Source: an uncultured Lachnospiraceae bacterium
Lineage (GTDB): Bacteria > Bacillota > Clostridia > Lachnospirales > Lachnospiraceae
Direction of reading: 5' to 3'
NCBI GenBank assembly: GCA_947385785.1
Contig: CANDMH010000001.1
Span: 1-52,631 of the forward strand
DNA: 52,631 bases
How positions within the stretch are numbered: the stretch's first letter is position 1; every line of letters begins with the position of its first letter. Below, piece after piece: positions 45,971-52,631 of the stretch. The notes beneath the pieces are model-generated. The model was not told the origin of the DNA, made no database searches, and worked only from the letters and a program-made list of their open reading frames with translations. The translations under genes and the position numbers were made by a program.

Positions 45971-48900
45971 TCATTCCCTGCGATAGCGGATTTCCCACTG
46001 TCCGGAACCGCAGCGGGCGGTAAGGATACCGTCCTTTGAAATAAATTCCAGCCCCTTCGCCCTGACCTGGCCTGCCCCCTTTTCCAGACGTATCTCGGCG
46101 GTGGTATTGTGGGGGATGGTGACCTGGAGCCTGCGGTCATTTTTGTCTTCCTTTCCCTTTTCCCAGCGAACCTTTAAGGTTCCGTACACGCTCCCATAGG
46201 CGCCTTCCGCGAAGTCAAAGGCCTCCCCTGTCCGGGGGTTTATGATGGAATGGTGATACCCGGGATCCTTTTCATCCACTTCCATCCCCAGAACCACCCG
46301 GTACAGCCAGTCGCCTACAGCCCCGTAGGCATAATGGTTGAAGGAATTCATATCCGGGCTCCACATAGTACCGTCCGGCTTCAGCCCGTCCCAGTGTTCC
46401 CAGACGGTGGTCGCCCCCATTTTCACCTGATACAGCCAGGAGGGGAAATCCTCCTTCAGCAGCAGCTCATAGGCCTCTTCGACATAGCCGCTGCTGCTGA
46501 GCGCGTGGCAGAAATAGGGCGTGCCCACAAATCCCGTCACCAGATGTCCCCCTTCCTTCCGAAGCAGCTCCACCAGCCGTCCCGCGGTCCGTTCCCGAAA
46601 TGCCTCCGGCACCAGGTTGAAATACAGCGCCACAATATGGGCAGTCTGGGTCTGCGCCGTCATTTCGCCGTCTTTTGTAAAAAAGGTGTTCCGGAATTTT
46701 TCCACGATTTTTTCATATAATGCGCCATAGGATGCCGCGTCCTCCGCCCTTCCCAGGATATCCGCGATTTTGGCAAAAAGCCCTGTGGAATAAGCAAAGT
46801 ACGCCGTACAGGTCAGGTCGTTGGGAGTGGCGCCGAAATAACTGCCCTCCTCCGCGTCCAGAGCCACCCAGTCCCCGAACTGCAGCTTATAATTCCAGAT
46901 ATAATCCACGGAATGGGCCTCCATGAAGCCGATCCATTTCTTCATACTGTCATACTGCTCTTCCAGTATGGTTTTATCCCCGTAGACAAGGTACAGCGTC
47001 CAGGGGTTGATCACGGCCACATCCGCCCAGGCTGCCGCCGAGTGGGTTCCCTGGGACAGCAGCCAGTCATTCTCTTCCTTCCCGCTGATGATATCCGGCA
47101 CCACATGGGGCACGCCGCCCTCCGGTGTCTGGTCCGCCGCCACATCCTTCAGCCATTTCCGGAAAAAGGTGTATGTATTCATGAGATAACAGGCGGTTCT
47201 GCAGAAAATCTGGGCATCCCCCGTCCACCCTACTCTTTCATCCCTCTGAGGACAGTCGGTGGGAATATCCAGGAAATTCCCCTTCAGGCTCCAGAGAATG
47301 TTCTGCTGCAGCCGGTTCACCAGAGGATTGGAGCAGCGGAAGGTTCCCGTCTGTTCCATTTGGGAGTACAGCGCGTATGCCGAGAAGGCTTCCGCCCTTA
47401 CCTCTCCTGGCCATTTCAGTACCTGTACATACCGGAAACCCATGTAGGTGAAGAGAGGATGGTATTCCTCCGTCCCTCCTCCTTTGCAGATGTAGTGAAT
47501 TTCCTGTCTGGCGGAGCGCAGGTTTGCCGTATATACGTTTCCTCGGGCATCCAGCGTCTCAAAGCATTTCAGCAGGATCTCACTGCCCGGTTCTGCCTGC
47601 ACCCGGAAATTCACCCAGCCCGTCAGGTTCTGGGCAAAATCAATCACGGTTTCCCCCTTGGGCGTCACCAGCGCTTCCCGGGCCTGCAGGCGCTCCATCT
47701 TCCGGACTTTGCAGCCTGCCTGGGCTGTCAGGGAAGCCTTTGGAAAGGGGAGTATCTGTACCGGGTGCCACGCCCTGACCGTGTCTTTCCCTTCGGTACA
47801 GAGCGCGCCCCTGCTCATTCCCCACAGTTCGCTTCTCACCGTGCCCTTCTCTGTATTAACCTCGTCTGCCGACAGATGCATGGCAGCTTCTGACTTGCCT
47901 GTCAGTGCTTCCTCTCTGGCTGCATCGTCCTCGTCTGCCGACAGATGCATGGCAGCTTCTGACTTGCCTGTCAGTGCTTCCTCTCTGGCTGCATCGTCCT
48001 CGTCTGCCGACAGATGCATGGCAGCTTCTGACTTGCCTGTCAGTGCTTCCTCTCTGGCTGCATCGTCCTCGTCTGCCGACAGATGCATGGCAGCTTCTGA
48101 CTTGCCTGTCAGTGCTTCCTCTCTGGCTGCATCAGCTCTGCCCACTCCCGGCAATTCTGTGCCTCCCATCGCTCCTTTCTGTATATCAGCCCTGCGGCCA
48201 TCCATACTGCCAAATGAAATCTCCCGCTCCAGCCGGGCATCGTAATGCTCCCCGTCATAAATTTCCGAGAACGTAACAGGCCCCGGCCGCCCCTGCCAGC
48301 TCTCGTCCGTCACGAACACTTCCTCGCGCCCGTCTTCATACCGCACCGTCAGCTGCATCAGGAATGCCGTCCGGGTGCCGTAATTATTTCTCAGCAGAAG
48401 GAAGCCCATCTTCCCCTTGTACCAGCCCGCCCCCAGCATGGCGTCCAGCCTGTTTTCCCCCTCTTTCAGAAGCGCCGTTACGTCATAGGTCTGACAGCAC
48501 AGATGCTTATGGTACGAGGTCCATCCGGGCATCAGTTCGTCCTCGCCCACCTTTTTCCCATTGATGAAAAAACGATATAATCCAAACGCAGTTGCGCACG
48601 CATACGCCGATGCCACTTTGCCGTCCAGCCTGATCTGCTTTTTCAGGCAGGTGCTGCCGGACTTCCCGCTGTCCGCTTCCCGCTCCGCCGTGATGAACTC
48701 CGCCTGCCATTCCTCCTGCCCCAGAATCCCCGTTACAAAGGATGCCGTCTCGCTGTAGGAGCTTTCCTCCACCCCGTCGCTGACACGGACACGGACAAAA
48801 TATTCCGTGCAGGAGCACAGCTTCTCCCTGAACGAGTTGATGTCATTTTCCCCATGTCTGCCGCATTCCTGACTTGCATTATCCACCCGGCATCCTGTGC

Positions 48901-49174
48901 TTTCCTGCCCCTGCCTGCCGCTTTCCTGCCCCTGACCGTCTGGCATAGCTTCCCGGTATGACGGAACTTCAACGTAGGCGGATTCCGCGCTTTCCACCAG
49001 CCCGCTGTCATACACAAGGCTTTCAAACTGCGGATCTTTTGCAATCTGCAGCCGATATGCCTTCTGAACCACATTTTTCCTGTCGCTTTCCAGAACCCAT
49101 CCAAACCGGGGAAGCGCTCCCAGCCCCACAGGCTGCTCCAGGTATTCCATTCTGATTTTTACTGCTCGCAGCAT
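45971..49174 (-). CDS. Alpha-L-rhamnosidase (GH78)
   Basis: LMPGWTSY, DFAQNLTGW, FTYMGFRY, IPTDCPQRDERVGWTGDAQ, GATTVWEHW, SFNHYAYG; AGGAGG RBS. Confidence 0.95.
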   Translation of the reverse strand: MLRAVKIRMEYLEQPVGLGALPRFGWVLESDRKNVVQKAYRLQIAKDPQFESLVYDSGLVESAESAYVEVPSYREAMPDGQGQESGRQGQESTGCRVDNASQECGRHGENDINSFREKLCSCTEYFVRVRVSDGVEESSYSETASFVTGILGQEEWQAEFITAEREADSGKSGSTCLKKQIRLDGKVASAYACATAFGLYRFFINGKKVGEDELMPGWTSYHKHLCCQTYDVTALLKEGENRLDAMLGAGWYKGKMGFLLLRNNYGTRTAFLMQLTVRYEDGREEVFVTDESWQGRPGPVTFSEIYDGEHYDARLEREISFGSMDGRRADIQKGAMGGTELPGVGRADAAREEALTGKSEAAMHLSADEDDAAREEALTGKSEAAMHLSADEDDAAREEALTGKSEAAMHLSADEDDAAREEALTGKSEAAMHLSADEVNTEKGTVRSELWGMSRGALCTEGKDTVRAWHPVQILPFPKASLTAQAGCKVRKMERLQAREALVTPKGETVIDFAQNLTGWVNFRVQAEPGSEILLKCFETLDARGNVYTANLRSARQEIHYICKGGGTEEYHPLFTYMGFRYVQVLKWPGEVRAEAFSAYALYSQMEQTGTFRCSNPLVNRLQQNILWSLKGNFLDIPTDCPQRDERVGWTGDAQIFCRTACYLMNTYTFFRKWLKDVAADQTPEGGVPHVVPDIISGKEENDWLLSQGTHSAAAWADVAVINPWTLYLVYGDKTILEEQYDSMKKWIGFMEAHSVDYIWNYKLQFGDWVALDAEEGSYFGATPNDLTCTAYFAYSTGLFAKIADILGRAEDAASYGALYEKIVEKFRNTFFTKDGEMTAQTQTAHIVALYFNLVPEAFRERTAGRLVELLRKEGGHLVTGFVGTPYFCHALSSSGYVEEAYELLLKEDFPSWLYQVKMGATTVWEHWDGLKPDGTMWSPDMNSFNHYAYGAVGDWLYRVVLGMEVDEKDPGYHHSIINPRTGEAFDFAEGAYGSVYGTLKVRWEKGKEDKNDRRLQVTIPHNTTAEIRLEKGAGQVRAKGLEFISKDGILTARCGSGQWEIRYRRE
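47860..48135. repeat. In-frame 69-bp tandem repeat x4 inside GH78
   Basis: Encodes (D)AAREEALTGKSEAAMHLSADE(D) four times; copies essentially identical. Confidence 0.95.
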
Positions 49175-49255
49175 TTTGACCCCTCCTGTTTCCCCACAAT
49201 TGAAAAATATTCCAGCGTCTCCCGCAGCGGCTCCGGGTGAAAGCAATGTACTGCC

Positions 49256-50836
49256 TCATCTCTCCAGTTCGTCCACATTTTCAATGTCGAAAGCCTCTCC
49301 CTCATACCCTGACAATTCCACATTCCTCAGGGACACCTTCTTCGCGTTCCGGATGAAGATTCCCTTTCTGCTTCCCTTTTTGCACCCAACCATCATTGCG
49401 GCCATGCCCTCCACCGCATTTTCTGCGAAAGCAATCTCTACATTCTCCATTACCACGCTCTCGACGGGCGACTCCGGCAGCCCGTAAAAGTAAATCCCAG
49501 CCACATGGCAGTCCCTGCAGGACACATTCCGTATCACCACATCCCCCACCCTGGGGGTGCGCTCGTCTACGGGCAGGCTCTCCTTGGACGACACATATTC
49601 GGATTTCCCGTCCGGGTCGCAGAAATAAAAGCTGTTTATCACAAAAGGAGTCAGCACCCCTTCCATTTTAACCCTGTCAAATACAATCCCCCGCAGGCAG
49701 GAATCCTCCCCCCTGCCCCGCCTGGTCTTCACCCGCAGCCCTCTGTCCGTATTTACGAACCGGCAGCTTTGAACCAGAATATGGTCTACGCCTGCCCCGA
49801 TTTCACTGCCGATGGTGACGCCTCCATGCCCCTTCTCCATCAGGCAGTGATGGATGAAAATATCCCTGGAGGGCGTCTTATAGGTTTTTCCCATGTACAG
49901 CTTCCCGGACTTGACGGCGATGCAGTCGTCCCCCACGGAAAAAAATACCCCGGCTATCTCCACATCCCTGCAGGATTCCGGGTTCAGCCCGTCCGTATTG
50001 TAGGAGCCGGCGGGCGAGGCAATCTGCAGGCCGTAGAATTTCAGATGCTCCGAAAAATAGGGATGGAGATTCCAGGCGGGCGCGTTCCGCACCGTGATCC
50101 CCATGACCGCAATATTTTTACAATGGTTGAAAAAAAGCATTCTGGGCCTTCCGGGCTTCTTCTTAACCGGGTCATTCGTCCACCAGTTCCCGAAATCCGC
50201 GTTTCCTTCCAGGACGCCCTGCCCGCAGACAGTGACATTTTCCACATACATTCCGGTGATGAGGCTGGCAAAGCAGTCCTGGGGCTCTCCCTCCCAGGAA
50301 GCCGGCAGGAACTCTTCCGTCCCGTCGCAGCTGCCTATCCTGCCCGGCAGCACCGGCAGTCTGTCTCTGTCCGGAATGGCGGACAGCACCGCGCCCTTCC
50401 CGATTTCCACCGTGATATCGCTCTTCAGGAACAGATTGGTAAAACGGAAGGTTCCGGCGGGGATCAGCACCCGCCCTCCTGCCGGGCAGGTCAGGAGCGC
50501 CGCCTGGATGCACAGGGTATCATCCGACACGCCGTCCCCCTTCGCCCCGAAGCTTCTCACATTCAGGACTACATATTCCCTCTTCGTATGAACCACCGCT
50601 TCCCGGACGGACAGCCCGTCCCTCTTTATCTGAATTCTGTAAAGCGTATCCGGCTCCAGATTGTAAAGGATCTCTATTGTTTTGGATGACGTAAAACGAT
50701 ATGCCCCATCCACCCAGACTTCGTAGGCTTCCGTGTTGTAGTCCGCCTCCCCGTCCGCCACCTGGATTACCAGGCTCCTGGCCTCCGCAAACAGTACCCG
50801 CAGCCCTGTCCCACTGTCTTCATTTAAATCTGACAT
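49256..50836 (-). CDS. GH28 polygalacturonase (probably exo-acting) with N-terminal FN3-like domain
   Basis: FGAKGDG and the catalytic motifs NTDG, GDD, GHG and RVKT. Confidence 0.93.
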   Translation of the reverse strand: MSDLNEDSGTGLRVLFAEARSLVIQVADGEADYNTEAYEVWVDGAYRFTSSKTIEILYNLEPDTLYRIQIKRDGLSVREAVVHTKREYVVLNVRSFGAKGDGVSDDTLCIQAALLTCPAGGRVLIPAGTFRFTNLFLKSDITVEIGKGAVLSAIPDRDRLPVLPGRIGSCDGTEEFLPASWEGEPQDCFASLITGMYVENVTVCGQGVLEGNADFGNWWTNDPVKKKPGRPRMLFFNHCKNIAVMGITVRNAPAWNLHPYFSEHLKFYGLQIASPAGSYNTDGLNPESCRDVEIAGVFFSVGDDCIAVKSGKLYMGKTYKTPSRDIFIHHCLMEKGHGGVTIGSEIGAGVDHILVQSCRFVNTDRGLRVKTRRGRGEDSCLRGIVFDRVKMEGVLTPFVINSFYFCDPDGKSEYVSSKESLPVDERTPRVGDVVIRNVSCRDCHVAGIYFYGLPESPVESVVMENVEIAFAENAVEGMAAMMVGCKKGSRKGIFIRNAKKVSLRNVELSGYEGEAFDIENVDELER

Positions 50837-50864
50837 TTTATGCCCCGCCTCCATTTCCGGTTTT

Positions 50865-50949
50865 TATACTCACGACCGAAAACATTCGCCAACGTAAATG
50901 TATAACAAGTGAGCGCTGCGCCTGGCAAATGTATGCGCTCACGAGTATA
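50865..50949. repeat. Family-1 palindromic element (shorter, 85 bp) in the GH28 leader
   Basis: TATACTCACGA...GTATAACAAGTGAGCGC...GTATGCGCTCACGAGTATA. Confidence 0.85.
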
Positions 50950-50983
50950 AGTAAAACGCCTTGAACCGAAAGACTATACTCCC

Positions 50984-51024
50984 ATTATTCACTTAATGCA
51001 GCTTAATATCAATAAAATATTAAG
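50984..51024 (-). promoter_or_regulatory. Promoter/operator of the GH28-GH78-orphan operon
   Basis: Same architecture as 41169..41209 (TTGATA-17-AATAAT plus inverted repeat). Confidence 0.75.
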
Positions 51025-51057
51025 CTTTTCGGAAAATTTCTCCCGCTAAATTAACTT

Positions 51058-51099
51058 AAGGGAAACTGCCGGCTGAAAAACGCCGCGTTTCCCTTTTTT
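51058..51099. terminator. Possible terminator downstream of the AI-2E gene
   Basis: AAGGGAAAC..CGGC / GCCG..GTTTCCCTT hairpin. Confidence 0.45.
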
Positions 51100-51164
51100 G
51101 CTTAGAAATTGTACAGCTGTCTGCATGCCTCCACACGAAAACAGGAGGACCTCCGGCCTTCGTC

Positions 51165-52520
51165 TCAGTGCGGCCCTTCTTCGTTGGACTTTGCTCCGGC
51201 ATGATCTTTTCCCGATCCAGCTTTCGCTTCGTCACGGCCTTTCCAGGTTCCAGGCTTCGCTTCGTCACGGCCTTTCCAGGTTCCAGGCTTCGCTTCGTCG
51301 CGGCCCTTCCCCGCTCCGCCCCTCCGCCGTGGCGGATTCTTTCCCTCCGGTTTCGACCCCTGCCCTCCGGTCAATACGGGTATCCTTTTCCCTGCATTGC
51401 GCCTGTTCACACTCTCCCTCAGAAGCGCATAGCATGACGACATCAGCGGTATAAAGAACAGCATGCCTGCCACGCCAAAGAGGCTGCCGCCCACACTGAC
51501 CGCCATCAGCACCCAGATAGCCGGCAATCCCACAGAATTTCCCACAACCTTCGGGTAAATCAGATTCCCCTCAATCTGCTGCAGCACCAGGAACAGAATA
51601 ATAAACCACAGCGCCAGAAGCGGGTCGTCTATCAGAATCAGAAATGCCCCTACCACGCAGCCAATAAACGCACCCACAATGGGAATCAGTGCCGTAAACG
51701 CAATCAGCACACCCACCATCAGCGCATAAGGCATCCTGAATAAGCTCATGGAGATCACAAACATCGTCCCCAGAATCACCGCCTCCAGGCACTGCCCGGT
51801 GATAAAGCTGCTGAAATTCCGATGCAGCAGGCTACAGACCTCCATCGTCTTACTGCTGACAGCTTCCGGCAGGTAGGCTGTCAGAATCCTGCATCCCTGA
51901 CTGGCCAGATTCTCCTTCTGCGAGAGAATGTACAGTGCAAAAATAAACGAAATTACGGCGTTCACCACTCCCGAAATAATGCCGCTGGCAACGTTCACCG
52001 TGGAATTCAGTACATCCCCCGCACCGTTTTTCAGAAAGTCAAATATGCTGTTCAATATGGAATCCCAGTTCATTTCCAGTGTTTCCAGCTTGTTGACCTG
52101 TTCTGCCAGTATCGGATATTTCTTCGTCAGATCGTCCAGCTCCTGTATGATACTGTCCAAAAAAGCCGGAATCTTCTTCCCCACCTCGGCGGCTGTAGCA
52201 ACCACCTGCGGCACCACCGTCCCTATCACCACCGTGATCACCAGCACCACCGAAATCAGCGAGAGCACCATACAAACGGGCCTTTTCAGCTTCTGTGCGC
52301 CCTTTCCCTTCCAACAGGCCAAAAGCTTCTCTTCAAATGCCCGCATGGGAATATTCAGAACAAAGGCAATCACCCCTCCCACCGCAAAAGGAGACAGTAT
52401 GCCAAATAGAAAAGCAATTCCCTGAAAAACCTTTTCGCTGTAAATAAGCACCAGTACCAAAAAAGCTCCCAACAGCATCAAATGCCTGATCTGTCTGATT
52501 TTATCCCTGCTGAATTCCAT
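51165..52520 (-). CDS. AI-2E family (PerM/YdiK-like) transporter
   Basis: Multiple TM helices; FITGQCLEA, LIPIVGA, QQIEGNLIYPKVVG and GMLFFIP motifs. Confidence 0.92.
   Translation of the reverse strand: MEFSRDKIRQIRHLMLLGAFLVLVLIYSEKVFQGIAFLFGILSPFAVGGVIAFVLNIPMRAFEEKLLACWKGKGAQKLKRPVCMVLSLISVVLVITVVIGTVVPQVVATAAEVGKKIPAFLDSIIQELDDLTKKYPILAEQVNKLETLEMNWDSILNSIFDFLKNGAGDVLNSTVNVASGIISGVVNAVISFIFALYILSQKENLASQGCRILTAYLPEAVSSKTMEVCSLLHRNFSSFITGQCLEAVILGTMFVISMSLFRMPYALMVGVLIAFTALIPIVGAFIGCVVGAFLILIDDPLLALWFIILFLVLQQIEGNLIYPKVVGNSVGLPAIWVLMAVSVGGSLFGVAGMLFFIPLMSSCYALLRESVNRRNAGKRIPVLTGGQGSKPEGKNPPRRRGGAGKGRDEAKPGTWKGRDEAKPGTWKGRDEAKAGSGKDHAGAKSNEEGPH
51222..51311. repeat. In-frame 33-bp repeat x3 in the AI-2E C-terminal tail
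   Basis: Encodes KGRDEAK(PGTW) repeats. Confidence 0.85.
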
Positions 52521-52631
52521 TATATCTCCCTCCGTACCTTGATAGATAAAGCTTACCACAGATAGCCTTAATAGTCAAAGGTTGATTGCCAAAGTAAACT
52601 CCACTTTGCCATAGTAAAAGCAACCCCTAAG

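Noticed and set aside
45609-46140. Short minus-strand ORFs between GH78 and the orphan gene
   Set aside because: Low-complexity K/R-rich translations overlapping neighbouring genes; no motifs.

Overview
A GC-rich Firmicute chromosomal window, probably Lachnospiraceae-like Clostridia (inferred from gene families and Shine-Dalgarno style). It is dominated by a ~49 kb pectin-utilisation supercluster whose content points to rhamnogalacturonan-II (RG-II). Transport and regulation: an LplABC-type ABC transporter with a second binding lipoprotein, plus YesM/YesN-type, GntR and LacI regulators. CAZymes, none with an obvious signal peptide: CE15-like esterase, GH29, a GH138-like enzyme, GH2, GH78, GH28 and an orphan 693-aa possible glycosidase. 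Catabolism: uxaC, an SDR, a split UxaA/GarD-like dehydratase, an RraA-like aldolase, an enolase-superfamily dehydratase, and a FucI-like isomerase + split transketolase + FGGY kinase operon resembling the non-oxidative D-apiose pathway. Embedded in it are an AT-rich three-gene Menshen-type defence island (DUF262, DUF3696 ATPase, third gene with a C-terminal DUF4160-like domain), an Rpn/YhgA-like gene with an apparent internal small ORF, a decayed AAA/PD-(D/E)XK gene and a flavodoxin remnant. Intergenic DNA carries two dispersed palindromic repeat families, several tandem arrays, and a 41-bp promoter/operator shared by two distant operons. No rRNA, tRNA, CRISPR array or intact transposase was seen. 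All family assignments come from motif recognition, not from database searches.
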